A stretch of DNA of 64,000 nucleotides from Narcine bancroftii (GCF_036971445.1 NC_091473.1:87420001-87484000); one strand, 5' to 3'; shown: positions 49,812 to 63,817, numbered from the stretch's first letter. Program-made: numbers and translations. The notes: generated from the letters alone by a model not told the origin.

Positions 49812-51045
49812 CTTTCTTTGGCTTGGCTTCGCGGATGAAGATTTATGGAGGGGTATGTCCACGTCTGCTGCAGGCTCGTTGGTGACTGACAAGTCTGATG
49901 CGGAACAGGCAGGCACGGTTGCAGCGGTTGCAAGGGAAAATTGGTTGGTTGGGGTTGGGTGTTGGGTTTTTCCTCCCTTGTCTTTTGTCAGTGAAGTGGG
50001 CTCTGCAGTCTTCTTCAAAGAAGATTGCTGCCCGCCAAACTGTGAGGCGCCAAAATGCACGGTTGGAGGTGATATCAGCCCACTGGCAGTGGTCAATGTG
50101 GCAGGCACCAAGAGATTTCTTTAAGCTGTCCTTGTACCTCTTCTTTGGTGCACCTCTGTCTTGGTGGCCAGTGGAGAGCTCACCATATAACACGATCTTG
50201 GGAAGGCGATGGTCCTCCATTCTGAGGCATGACCCACCCAGCGCAGTTGGGTCTTCAGCAGCATGGATTCGATGCTTGTGGACTCTGCCAGCTCGAGTAC
50301 TTCGATGTTGGTGATGAAGTCATTCCAATGAATGTTGAGGATGGAGCAGAGACAGCGCTGATGGAAGCGTTCTAGGAGCCGTAGGTGATGCCGGTAGAGG
50401 ACCAATGATTCGGAGCTGAACAGGAGCTTGGGCTCTGTACACGCTGATCTTTGTGTGTTTCTTCAGGTGGTTGTTTTTCCAGACTCTTTTGTGTAATCTT
50501 CCAAAGGCACTATTTGCCTTGGCGAGTCTGTTGTCTATTTCTTTGTCGATCCTTGCATCAGATGAAATGGTGCAGCCGAGGTAGGTAAACTGATTGACCG
50601 TTTTGAGTTCTGTGTGCCCGATGGAGATGTGGAGGGGATAGTAGTGATGGTGGGGAGCTTGCTGATGGAGGACCTTAGTTTTCTTCAGGCTGACTTCCAG
50701 GCCAAACATTTTGGCAGTTTCCGCAAAACAGGACGTCATGCGCTGGAGAGCTGTCTCTGAATGGGCAACTAAAGCGGCATTGTCTGCAAAGAGTAGTTCA
50801 CGGACAAGTTGCTCTTGTGTCTTGCTGTGAGCTTGCAGGCGCCTCAGATTGAAGAGACTGCCATCCGTGCAGTACAGGATGTAAACAGCATTTTCATTGT
50901 TGAGGTCTTTCATGCCTTGTTTCAGCATCATGCTGAAGAAGATAGTAAAGAGGGTTGGTGCGAGGACGCAGCCTTGCTTCAAGCCATTGTCAATGAAGAA
51001 GGGTTCGGAGAGCTCATTGCTGTATCTGACCCAACCTTGTTGGTT
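49812..51045 (-). mobile_element. RTE (BovB-like) LINE, 5'-truncated, relatively young
   Basis: KQGCVLAPTLF, ELLFADNAAL, FTYLGCTIS and MEDHRLPKIVLYGEL..GAPKKRYKD motifs, plus a C-terminal CxxC and few disruptions. Confidence 0.92.
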
Positions 51046-51399
51046 TATATATATAATAATATATATATAATGACACTATAACTATACCTCAAGCCTCCAA
51101 CCAAACTGTTCAAAAACAGTTCCTTGACAGAAAAATAATATATGCCCAACAAAAATGCAGTACAAATCCATTCATGCCAATTACTTCACCGAGAGGGTGA
51201 AAATATAGAGGAAGCTTCAGCATACATATATAAGGAGGAAATTGAATAATGTTTCCATTTCTACGATTGCGAAACCCTCTTCCTCTCACAGACACATGAT
51301 ACTAAAGTTATCTAAGGGTTCTATTTCAGTAAACTATTTGACTTGACATTAGAAATCCTCAGATAGCAGGAAATCAGACTTTGAAATCTATTTTGGCAT

Positions 51400-52150
51400 C
51401 CAGTAAGAATTGAAATGTTTATTGTCACATGCAATGAGGGGAAGTATTTTGTTTTGCTTGCTATCCAGGCAAGATCTAGTCATATACATGGTATAGCAAG
51501 TAAAAGTGCAGAGGATAGAGTGATATAAAGCCAAAGTAAGGGCAGTAGGGTATTTTGTTTTTGGAGAAAACAAGGTGTCATCTTTACTGATGGGAGTGTC
51601 CGATAACATCAGGAAGAAAACTTTACTTGAATCTTAAGGTGCATGATTTTGAAAATGCATCTTTTGCTTTATATGAGGGGTACAATGGAGTGTGGTGGTG
51701 TAAGACTTGTCCTTCAGGATATTGGATGCTTTACCAAGTCAGTGAGAAGTGAAGATGGGAGAGGACCTGTACCAAGATATGATGCATCCACTCATGGTAC
51801 TTTATATGGTGTATCTATAAAAATAAAAATCTATGAAAATTTCATTAGGCTTCTGAAGAAGTAGAGAGAGGGATTGGTGTGCTTTTTTGGCCACAGCATC
51901 AACATGGGTAGACTAGGATATTTACTCCTTGAACCTCTCAAGCATCTCTACTTCAGCACCTTTGATAGAGACAGGGGTGTGTGCTCCACCCCAATTCCTG
52001 AGGTTGATGACCAGTTCTTGTGTTTTGCTGACATTGAAGGAAAGGTTGTTATCCTGACACCATGCAAAATTGTTTATCTCATTCATGTTCTCTATCTCTT
52101 CATGATTTGAGATCATTATTGTTGACCAGAATCTCTCCAACTGCTTGTTA
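51400..52150 (-). mobile_element. Rex1/Babar-like LINE 3' fragment
   Basis: WCQDNNLSFNVSKTQELVI motif and a gtttattgtcacat tail. Confidence 0.7.
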
Positions 52151-54899
52151 TGAGTCAGAAGTGTAAAAAAGGATGAGAAATGCTACATGAGCAAAGAGGA
52201 ATATTTGCCCTATGACTATAAGTCCATAAGTTATAGGAGTGGAAGTTGGTCATTTAGCTATTGAGTCTACTCCACCATTCTCCCACTCAGCCCACTCCCC
52301 TGCCTTCTCCCCATAACATTTAATACCCTGACTATTCAGACACCTATAAATCTCTGCCTTAAATATACAAAACAATGACCCATAGCCTCCTGTGTTAGCA
52401 AATTCCCAAGGTTTATCAAACTCTACCTAAAGAAATTCCTCCACATCTTTGTTTTAATTGGGTGCCCTTCAATCCTGAAGCTGTGCTCTCTTGTCCTTGA
52501 CTCCCATTCCATGCAAAACAACTTTGCCACATCTGCTCTTCCAGGCCTTTCAACAGTCAAAATACTTCTCTGAGGTCCCTCCTCATTTTTCTGAACTCCA
52601 AGGAGTACAGTCCAAAGCAATCAAATATTCCCCATGTGCTAATCTATTCATTTCAGGAATCATTCTTGTGAATCTTCTCTGAACCCTCTCCAATGCCAGC
52701 ACATCCTTTTTTTAAATAAGGAGCAAAAACTGTACCCCAAACTCCAAGTGAGGCCTCACTAGTGCCTAAGGAAGCCTCAACATCACATCCCTGCTCTTAT
52801 ATCCTATTCCTCTGGATATGAGTGCCAACATTGGATTTGCCTTCTTCACCATTGACTCAACCTGAAAGTTAATCTTCAGAGTATCCTGCACGAGGTCTCC
52901 CAAGTCTCCCTGTACCACCGAATTTTGAAATTTCTCCTCATCCAAATAATAGTCTCCCCTTTTATTCTACCAAAATGCATGAATGTACACTTTCTAAGAT
53001 TGTACTTCATTTTCCACTTCTTTGACAATTCTTCTAATCTCAATCTTTCTGCGGCTTCCCCATTTTACTTATCACCACATGCCCTGCTGCCTATCTTTGT
53101 ATCATATTCAATATTAGCCACAAACCCATTTATTGCTCAATTCAAATCATTTACATACATTGCCATAAAAATGGAGTGTTATGAGGTCAGGAAGGTTTAG
53201 TTTTTTGAGCAGGTTTATAGAAGTTGGCACAACATCGTGGGCCAAAGGGCCTTAACTGTGTTGTAATGTTCTATTAGTTATGTTCTAACATAAAAAGAAG
53301 TGGCCCTAACACTGACCCCTGTGGAACACTACTGGTAACCGGTAGCCAACCAGGATCCCTTTACTCCCACTCTGTTTCCTGCCGATCAGCCAATGCTCTA
53401 CCCATGCTATCTTTCCTGTAATTCCATGGGCTCTCATCTTGTTAAGCAGCCTCCTATGTTACATCTTACATGGCCTTTCAACTCCAATATGCAACATCCA
53501 CTGTGTCTCCTTTGTCTAGCCTGCTTGTGGTTTCCTCAAAAAGTTGCAGTGTTTGTCAGACAAGATTTTATGTTAAGGAAACCATGCTGACTTTGGCCTA
53601 GCTTAACGTGCACCACCAGGTACTCTGCACCCTCATCTTGACAATTGACTCCAAAACCTCCCCAACCACCGATGTTAGGCTAATAGGTCTATAATTACAT
53701 TTGCAAATTTCCAGTCCTCCAGAACTATGCAGAATCTATTGATTTTTGGAAGATCATTACTAATCTCTATAGTTACTTTTTTTTCAGAATCCGAGGGTGC
53801 AATCTATCTGATCTGGGAGACGTATCTAAACTTAGAGCATTCGTCTTCCCAAGCACCTTCTCTCTGGTAATCGTGACTGCTGTCACCTCTCTTCCCTGAC
53901 GCTCCTGATAATCTGGTATACTGTGAATGTCTTTCACAGTGAAGACTAATGCAAAATACTCATTCAGTTCCCCTGCCATCTCCTTTTCTCCAGTGTAATT
54001 CTTTATCTACTCTCATCTCAATTTTTTTCTATTAATATATTTCAAAAACTTTTAGTATCCTTTTTGATATTATTTGCTTGTTTCCTAATGACCCTCTTAA
54101 TTGCCTTCTGTAAGTTTTAAAAGCTCGCCTGTCCTATCTCCTCTCATTAATTTTTGCTTCCTTGTATGCTCTTTCTTCTGCTTTTACTTTGGCTTTGACT
54201 TCTCTCGTCAGCTGCAGCTGTGTCTTTTTCAATTGAAATATTTATTCTATTCTGGAAAATTCATGTCTTCCACCTTCTTTACTTCTCACAGACACTCTAT
54301 CCAGCTCTTCTGTTCTTCCTTGCACTCTCTCTGGTTGGTACCTCAATAAATTAATTTAGAAAACTTCCATGAACACATTTGACAAACTTCAAGTCATCCA
54401 GCCCTTTTTACTGTATGGGGAATCCCAGTCAATATGTAGAAAGTTAAAATCTACTATCACAAAATTATGTTTCCTGCAGCTATCTGCTATCTCTCTATAG
54501 ATTTGCTGCTCCAATTCTCGCTGACTATTAGATGGTCTATAATACAAACCCATGAGTGCACTCATACCTTTCTCTTTCCTCATCTCCACCCACTTAGCCT
54601 CAGTAGATAAGCCCTCTGGTCTGTCCTGCCTGAGCACAGCTGTGATATTTTTCCTGACGAACAATGCCATTCCTTCCCCTTTCATCATCCCTCTTTCATT
54701 CCCCCCCCATTCTATCACATCTAAAGCAACGAAAGCCCAGCACATTGAGCTGCCAGTCTATCCCTCCTGTAACCAAGTTTCACTAATGGCCACAATACCA
54801 TAATTACATGTGCCAATCCATACTCTAAGCTTGCCTGCCTTTCCTTGCATTGAATTAGATGCACCTAAGAACATTTTTACCACATTCAACACATTGACT

Positions 54900-57530
54900 T
54901 ATTTTCTTTCTAAAATATTTTTATTGTTTAATATATAAATACTACACACAGAGTCATCTAATAATAACAAACATATTTTAATAACAAACAAATTATAATA
55001 TTATACTAATAATCATATTATGCACATATCACAAATTAAATATATAATGAAAATCAAAAGCATATCCATAATTGTTTATTTGGCTTAAGATATGAAATTC
55101 TATAAATATGCTATTTAACAGTTTAACCTTTTCTCATAATATATCCCAGTAAAAGTTTGGATAGAAAATAGATAAGACAAAATTAACAATCCCTTTATAT
55201 AAATAAAGGGTAAAATCTATCTTAATTAAAGATATAATCGATGATAAACCATATTTAAACTAATTGATAAAAAAAATGAAAACAAAAATCCTCTGACTAA
55301 TCTAACCCCTCCCTCTAACCAAGGTTAACTATAGAAATGTAAAAATATGAATCAAATTGTGACCCTCAGACACCAGACAGAGTCCAGGAGCATCCAGACT
55401 TCTTAAATGTTCCAATTATGATAGTAATCTATGAATGGGCCCTAATCAAAATGAATTTTTTTATCTTTAATGTTGTATCCAATTTTCTACAAGCTTAAAT
55501 AGGACATGTAACCACTGAGCATGAGTGGGTTGAGAGTTATCTTTCCATTTCATTAAAATTGCTTGTCTACCTATCAACGAGGTAAAAGCTAAAATTCTCT
55601 CTTGGGTTAAGTCAAGATTATATCCTCTTCTTGAGAAAAAACAAACAAAGCAATGAAAGGGCATGGTTCTAATTTGATCTTTAGAATCATTGATAAAGTC
55701 TGAAATGTATTTTTCCAAAATTTTTCTAAATTGGAACACTTACGGAACATATGAATCAATGAAGTTTCAAAGATTTTACACTTATCACATAGTAGAGCGA
55801 CATCCGCATAAAAGCAAGATAATTTGACTTTGGACATGTTGTCTTGGGTAAACTTGTACCTCTCACTTTGTTCGTTTTAGATTGGTCACAGTGTTTGAGC
55901 TCCCGAAAGAAAACAGACACACACACACCGAGAGCAGTTCAGTTATACAAATGTTTATTATAAATTCAAAAGCTGATTTCAAACTACAATATGCTAGCCC
56001 TTCCCAATTATACTTATCAACACCTGGACTGGTCCCAACTGCCGAAGCGAGGCAACAACCCCGCACACTTGAAGTAGGTTGTTGGGGCGCCGGTAGCAGC
56101 TTCTCCACCTCCCCCAACCAGGATGTTGGCTGGGCTCTAGAAGTTCTTCTTCTTGCTGAGAGATGTTGCCACCACTCGGAGAGTCTCAAACCTCAGCAGT
56201 GGGACCATGGCTTATATTACCCAAAAACTGCTTACCCAAGCACCTATTCCCAGTACAGTAAGAAAGATAAGCGAGCAAGCTAGCATGCCTAGGCTTCTAT
56301 CAAATAATGTACTTTTCAGCTTATCACTTTGAATACAATGGTTTATTTTGCATCAAGGCTAGGCCTCTGACAGTCTGTAACCAAAACAAGCAGGAAGATT
56401 AAATGTTCTTGGTACACAAATGTCCTTTCGTCAGATAACTGCATCTCTGGCCCCTCATTGGAATTTAGCTTATGTCTGCTGATTCTAAAACACAAGCAGG
56501 TTCTCAGCCTTGCAGAAGCAAAGGCTGCAAAAGTAAAAGTTTAAATCTTCCATTACACATGTGAATCCTATGCACCACCTTAAATTGTAACAAATAATGC
56601 TGTGCACAAAATGAGGAATCATTAATCAAGTTAGGAGTGGAAATCCAGTCTGAAAATAATATATTCAAATCGTGTTCCCAATCATTCTTAATCCCAGTCA
56701 TTGAGGCTGTCCTTAAATCTAATAAATTATTATAAATAATTGATATTAATCCATGTTGGGAGAACTGCAAATCAAAAAGTAAATCAAGAATATTTTTTTC
56801 TGAAATTTGAGGAAAATCAGAAAGCTTAGACTGAACAAAATGCCTAACTTGTAGATATCTAAAAAAATGTCTATTAGGAAGTTTAAATTTGGCTCTCAAT
56901 TGTTCAAAAGAATCAAAATTCTTTCAAATAAAAAGATCTTTATAATTTTTGATACCTAATCTATACCATTCCTTAAAACCTGAATCTAAAAAATAAGGTT
57001 GAAAAGGATGGTTATCTATAATAGGAATGACAAGAGAAAAACTATTATAGCAAAAAAATTTCCTAAATTATGTCCATATTCTCATTATTGGATTATTTAT
57101 CAATTTAGAGAAGGAAAGGGGTAAAAAGGAACCTAAAATTGCCACATAGATGAGTTTTTAGAGAAATTCAATTCCATTTCCACCCAAGAAGGACAGTTCA
57201 CTAGTTTATCAAAATGTAACAATAAAAGTAAATTATGTATGTTAACTGCCCAATAGTAAAATCTAAGATTTGGAAATGAAAATCCCCCATTCCATTTAGT
57301 CTTTTGAAAATGAGCTTTATTTATGTGAGGTTGTTTTCCTTGCCATATGTACGAAGAAATAAATTAATACACTGAATCAAAAAAAAAATTAGGAATGAAG
57401 ATTGGTAAAGCTGGAAAAAGATACAAAAATTTAGGTAAAATGTTCAATTGATATGTCCAATTATTGTAATGGATAAAAGTGACCATCCCAATAATAATTC
57501 ATTAATCTGATCAAATAATACCAAAAGGTT
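54900..57530 (-). mobile_element. L1-clade LINE 3' portion inserted in the CR1
   Basis: FFRYLQVRHF, LLQFKVVHRIH, CDKC..LIHMF..C..FW and ILMKWK motifs. A polyA-type end lies near 54905-54925. Confidence 0.85.
55840..56557 (-). mobile_element. Solo LTR (family B, 718 bp) inserted in L1 ORF2
   Basis: TG...CA ends and exact 5-bp TSD CATGT. It splits the L1 peptide HRIHM|SKVKLS. TATA-like and AATAAA motifs lie on the minus strand. Confidence 0.88.
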
Positions 57531-58604
57531 TTCCTGTCTGTTCCCCTAACTATTGAATTCCCGATCTCTATTGCCTTCCTCATCTCTATTTGTGTATTTT
57601 TTGCCCTATTCACTGCCCTCTCACTCTGGTCTCCACCACCTGCCAAACTAAATTAAACCCTCTCCAACATCTCAAGAAAACCAGCCTGCCAGGAAATTAG
57701 TCCCCCTCCCATTCAGGTGTAAGCCTTCCTTTTTGTATTTATATTTTCTCCAGATTGCAATGATCCATTGCAACAATCCCCTTCCCTCTACACAAACTTT
57801 TCAGCCATGCAGGTGGCAATCCAGAGATTACTACCCTTGAGGTCCTGCTTTTTATCTTCTTTCCTAGCTACCTATATTCCCTCTTCAGGACCTCATCCCT
57901 TTTCCTATCTTTGTCATTGTACCAATGTGGACCATGATATTTGACTGCCTAACCTCCTGCTTGAGAATGCTATGGACTCAATCTGTGAACTCCCTGCTCT
58001 GGAGGCAACATACCAGTGAGGAGTCTCGATTTGGTTCACAGAACCTAGATCTGTTCCCCTAACTATTGAATCCCCAACCACTCTCATTCTCCTCTTCTCT
58101 CCCCTTCCCTTCTCAGCCAAAGGGCTAGACACTGTGCCAGACTTTTCCTTTGTGTATCATCCCCCCAATAATATCCAGAATTATATACTTGTTGTTGAGT
58201 GGAACGGCCATGCAGGTGCTCTGTGCTAATTGCCTATATCACTTCTCTCACCTAAGAGACACCCAGCTGCATGCCTCTTGCCTTTTGAGGTGTGGTCTTA
58301 TGGCTTCTGTCTAACAGCCCCTCTGTCTACCAAATGATCCAGAGTTCATCCAGCTCCAGATCTCTAACATGTTCTGTAAGGAGCTGCATCTGGATCCACA
58401 TCTTGCAGGTTCAGTTATCAGGGACACTTCTGCTGTCCCATATTTCACGCATGCTGCAGTTATATTTTGCCCTGGCTGCCATCTCTACTACCTATTCTGT
58501 GTTACCATGAAAAGATCTTACCTGTACCTTTAGTATATCCTCAGCTTTTGCTTGCCTAAGCCTCTCAAGCCAGAGCCTTTAATTCACCACTCCTACACTG
58601 GGCC

Positions 58605-61600
58605 TGTCATATACAGTGGAAGCTTGAGACTATTTTATGCTGGAGCAGGAGTACTGCAAGACTGCAAAAGCTGCATCACACTTGAGTGGTGAGCATGCTC
58701 AGTGCAACAGTGTATTCATACATGACCGGTAGCCTGAGATGTGAGTAAAGGTTTGTGCTGTAAACTTACAAGCTTTTCTGAGTGTTTATTAAAACATCCG
58801 ATGGTAATACTGAGGACATAACATGGTGGCAGCGGTGGGATTGACAGAAACCCACATCAGATAAGGGAAAAAATCCCTATAAACTAAAATAAACATGAAG
58901 AGAAGGAACAAAAGAAAAAAGCAGCATTACCTGATGACCAGAGCTGGAGAAGAAGATGGCCGCAGCAGCAGCTGGAGGAGAAGATGGCCGCAGCAGCAGC
59001 TGGAGGAGAAGATGGCTGCCGCAGCAGCTGGAGGAGAAGATGGCTGCCGCAGCAGCAGCTGGAGGGGAAGATGGCTGCAGCAGCAGCTGGAGAAGAAGAT
59101 GGCCGCAGCAGCAGCTGGAGGAGAAGATGGCCGCAGCAGCAGCTGGAGAAGAAGATGGCCGCAGCAGCAGCTGGAGGAGAAGATGGCCGCAGCAGCAGCT
59201 GGAGGAGAAGATGGCTGCCGCAGCAGCAGCTGGAGGAGAAGATGGCTGCAGCAGCAGCTGGAGAAGAAGATGGCTGCCGCCGCAGCAGCTGGAGGAGAAG
59301 ATGGCCGCAGCAGCAGCTGGAGAAGAAGATGGCTGCCGCCGCAGCAGCTGGAGGAGAAGATGGCCGCAGCAGCAGCTGGAGAAGAAGATGGCTGCCGCCG
59401 CAGCAGCAGCATTACACCCAGTCATGGATGGGTAACCCGATGACATCATAGAGGTTTTAAAAAGTTCAAGCAAAAGTGCAACCTGGCATTCAAAAGTCTC
59501 CTCAAGGGAATCAAACCAGAGGAAAAGGTTAGTTGCATCCTTTGGATGGGGGAGTGAGGACAAGATGTGTTTAATAGCTGGGAGCTGGCTGAATGGGAAG
59601 AAAATAACCCAGAAAGGATATTACAAAAATTTTCTTCTCATCTGGAACCGAAATCCAACCATAGAATAAAGCGATATGAGTTCCAGGGATTAAAACAAGA
59701 GCCTGATGAGTCAGTAGATAATTTCTTTACAAGGCTAAAGAACATGGCAGCAAAATGTAAGTTAAAAGAAATCGAGGAAAGAACAGTCAACCAACTAATC
59801 TGGGGAAGCGCTCGTCCCGAGGTGCAGAAAGCTCTCATGGGAAAAGACAGCTTGAAACTAGCAGATGCCATAGACGCAGCTAGTGGCCTTCGAGGCCACT
59901 AGGAGGCAAATGCAATCTCTCTCCGTGCAGGCCAACATGCAGCCCAGAGATAGAAGGGTCGATGCCATAAAGCGCACATAGAGAAAGTCGCAGACATCCA
60001 AGAACTGCAGGAAGTGCGGCAGAATACACCCCTTCAATGACCGCAAGAAATGCCCCACTTATGGTTCAAAGTGCAGGACCTATGGGAAGGTCAATCACTG
60101 GGAAAAGATGTGTTGATCTGACATGAAAAGAGAAAGAAACCAAGAATACAGAAGGAAAGTACACCATGTCAAGGGAAGTAACAGCAGTGACTCCGACTCA
60201 CTGACGGTCGGCCTCGAAACAATACTCCTTCATGAGACATCCAAGAAAGGGAAGGGAGGAAAAAGATGAATTGCACACCACGATCCAAGTTAAAAGAAGG
60301 ATCAGAAACAAACCAACAACATTCAACTTGAAAATAAAGTTAGATACTGGATCACAAAGCAACATCCTCCCGCTTAGACTGTACCGCCAAATATTCCCCG
60401 AGTACATAAAGAATGGGAAACCCAGAGGAAGGCACACTAGAAGCTGCAAATGTCATGCTCAGAGCCTATAGTGGTCCCATGATTAAACAACTAGGAAAAG
60501 TCCAAATAAAAGCCAAACATAAAGGAAAGAACATCATATGCACGTTCTTTGTGGTTGACGCCGACGGACTAGCAATCCTAGTCCTGAATAGTTGTCAAAA
60601 ATTACAGCTAATCTCGATAAACAATGAGATCAGGGAGAAGAAAATGTCCAAGAGGATCAATAGCGACACCCCACTTGAGTAACGGCCTCCAATCACAAAT
60701 AAGGCCGAGCTCATGGACATGTACTCTAAATGCTTTGATGACACAGTAGGGTGATTTGGGAACTGAATACCACATTACTATAGACCCAAAATACAAACCA
60801 ATAATCCATGCTCCACGGAAGGTGCCAATAGAGCTGAAACAAAAGCTAAAGCAGGAGCTGGAATAAATGGAAGAAAAACAAGTAAATAGCAAAAGTAGTA
60901 GAGCCAACTGACTGGGTAAATTCTATAGTATTAAAATAAAAACTGAATGGCCGCCTAAGAATATGTCTGGACCCCAAAAACCTAAACCAAGCAATCAAAA
61001 GAGGGCACTATCTAATACCAATGCTGGAGGACATTACTTCTGAACTAGCGGGATCCAAAATCTTCAGTAAGCTAGATGCCAAGAATGGGTATTGGAATGT
61101 GAAGCTGGATGAAGAATCGACACTGTTAACAACTTTCAATACTCCATTCGGCCGGTACAAGTTCCTGCGCCTACTTTTTGGCCTAAAGGTGACCCAAGAC
61201 ATCTTCCAGCAAAAGATAGATGAGACCTACATGGGATGCAAGGGCGCTGTCGGCATCGCAGATGACATCCAGATTTTTGGCAGAGACGGGAAAACCCACA
61301 ATCCCCACCTACTTGAGGCCATGGAGAGAACAAGAGGGGCCGGCATCAAACTCAATGCAGACAAATGCATCATCAAGGTGGAGGAGGGCCAGTTCTTCGG
61401 AATGGTGTACATACCTGAAGGGGTCAGGTCAAGCCCAGAGAAGATAACAGCCATTGCTGAAATGGACCACCCAAAGGAAAGGAACTAAGAAGCTTCCTCG
61501 GCCTGGTCCAATGCATGAGTTCCTTCATCCCACACATGTCAGACCACACAGCCAACCTCAGAGAGTTGCTGAAAGAGGATGTGGAGTTTCAGTGGTCACC

Positions 61601-63817
61601 ATTGCATCAGCGAGATTTCGACAAGCTAAAGTAAGTGGTCTGCAGAGAACTGAGCTACTATGACAGGAAAAAAACTATCACATTACAAGTAGATGCTTCC
61701 ACCAGAGGCCTCGGGGCAGCATTGGTGCAGGAAGGAAAACCGATATCCTTTGCCTCAAAAGCCCTGACAACAGCAGAGACCCAATAGGCCAATATTGAAA
61801 GGGAGCTGTTGGCAGTCGTATATGGATGTGAAAAATTCCACAAATTCCTCTATGGGAGACAGTTCATGGTAGAGAGTGATCATCACCCGCTGGCGCACAT
61901 CCAGAAAAAGAACCTAAGCAAGGCACCAGCCAGACTACAGAGGCTACTCCTCCAGCTCCAATGTTACGACTTTACCTTGAAGTATACACCAGGGAAGGAA
62001 ATAGTGCTCGTTGATGCTTTGTCAATTCTTTCCCCAAATGAAAAATACAAAATGAAAGACATGGAAATCAAGATACATCACTTCATCAGGGTAACCAGTA
62101 ACAAACTAAACCTGATTAAAGAAGAAACCACAAAGGATGAAGAGCTGCAGCTGCTCTCGCAACAGGTAATACAGGGATGGCCAGAAAGGATAAAACAGGT
62201 ACAGCTACAATTGGTCTATCAGGGATGACATATCCCTGGAGAAGGGTGTTCTTCTGGCAGGGTCTCAGCTGATAATACCAGAGACAATGAAAAGAGAAAT
62301 TCTCCAGAAAATACACCAAGGCCATATGGGAATGGAGAAATGCAAACTTAGAGCAAAGTCAGCAATATACTGGATAGGCATGTACAAGGACATCGAAAAC
62401 ATGATGGCTACATATCCGGCATGCCAGAAATACACAACAAAAAGAAGAGAATATACCAGCGGAAATACCCGCCAGGCCATGGCTCACAGTGGGAGCAGAT
62501 TTGTGGTCACAGAAAACCAAGAATGGTATCTGATCGTGTTCTGCTACTACTACAAATTCCCCTCGATCAGGAAAGTGAAGGTCCTGAAAGCATCGACCAT
62601 CACTGCTGCAGCACGTGCACTCTTCACAGAACAGGGGATACCCGAACAAGTGATATGTGACAATGGGACCCAATTCACATTGCGTGAATTCAGAGAAATG
62701 ACTGCAGAACATGGGTTTACCATCACTACTTCATCACCACATTACCCCAAAGACCATGGTTTCATTGAGAGGCATGTACAGACAATTAAACGCACTCTCA
62801 CAAAGTGTCGAGAGACAAAGGAAGATCCCTATCTCACCCTTCTGTCACTGCGAGCCACGCCTTTGAGGGCCGACATGAAATCCCTGGCAGAGCTTCTAAA
62901 TGGCAGAAAGTACAAGACAACCCTGCCAAGCAAAATCCATCCACCAGACGACCAAGAGGAAACAAGAAGAAAGCTGACTAACATACAAGAGGAAAGTCGT
63001 CAACATTATAATAAACATGCACAAACACTACCAGAACGTTTCCAAGGGCAGCATGTGCATGCTCAAGAGCCAGGGACAAAAACATGGAGTCCAGCAAAGA
63101 TTGTTAGAGAAGCTGAGATGCCAAGGTCAAACATCATTGAGACAGAATCTGGTAGGCAGCTGCGACGAAACAGAATCCACATTTGCCCAACCCCAGATCT
63201 GACACGGAAAGCACCAGCAGCTTCTAATAATCCAGAAACTTATGAAGGAATACGAGTAGAAACCCCAACCAACAACACCGTAACAACTGAACAGCAGGCA
63301 ACAGAAGAACCGAGGCAAACAACACCACCATCCACAACTGTACCAACACCACCAAAGCAAATAGACACAACAAGGTCTACGAGGTGGAGAAGCCACATTC
63401 TACCACCAGTGCAATACCACTGAGAAGAATATAGAACTGCAATTGTATAATTCGAATATTTAATTCTTAATGGCAAGTCCAGGTAAAAAGCAGAAACAAT
63501 TTATTTTTAAGAAATTTAAATCTTAATAAATCTTTTAATTTTTAGACTTTTTTAAAGAAGTGGGATGTTATATATATATAGTGGAAATTTGGGACTATTT
63601 TATGCTTGAGCAGGAGCACTGCAAGACTGCAAGAGCCGCATCACACTTGAGTGGTGAACATGCTCAGTGAGAGACATTGTAAGAGCCACATCACACTGAG
63701 TGGTGAGCATGGTCAGTGCAACAGTGTATTCATACATGACCGGCAGCCTGAGATGTGAGTAAAGGTTTGTGCTGTAAACTTACAAGCTTCTCTGATGGTA
63801 CTACCGAGGACATAACA
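58605..63817 (+). mobile_element. Full-length Gypsy LTR retrotransposon (gag-PR-RT-RH-IN) with stops and frameshifts
   Basis: LTRs 58605-58823 and 63566-63817, exact 5-bp TSD GGGCC, PBS TGGTGGCAGCGGTGGGA (tRNA-Leu type), PPT aaagaagtggga. Motifs: PR KLDTGS, RT IADD, RH VDAS/ESDH, IN HHCC and DNG..ER. Confidence 0.96.
58942..59410. repeat. Minisatellite, 16 units of 28/31 bp (gctggaggagaagatggccgcagcagca) spanning the gag start
   Basis: I counted 16 AAGATGGC cores. The last unit continues into gag (MAAAAAAALHPVMD). Confidence 0.95.

Noticed and set aside
58877-59563. Poly-Ala/Gln/Ser ORFs in five frames
   Set aside because: They are translations of the minisatellite in the Gypsy leader, not host genes.
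62287-63423. 378-aa integrase ORF as a domesticated gene or env
   Set aside because: It is the ordinary pol 3' end within an LTR-bounded Gypsy. No env-like ORF follows.
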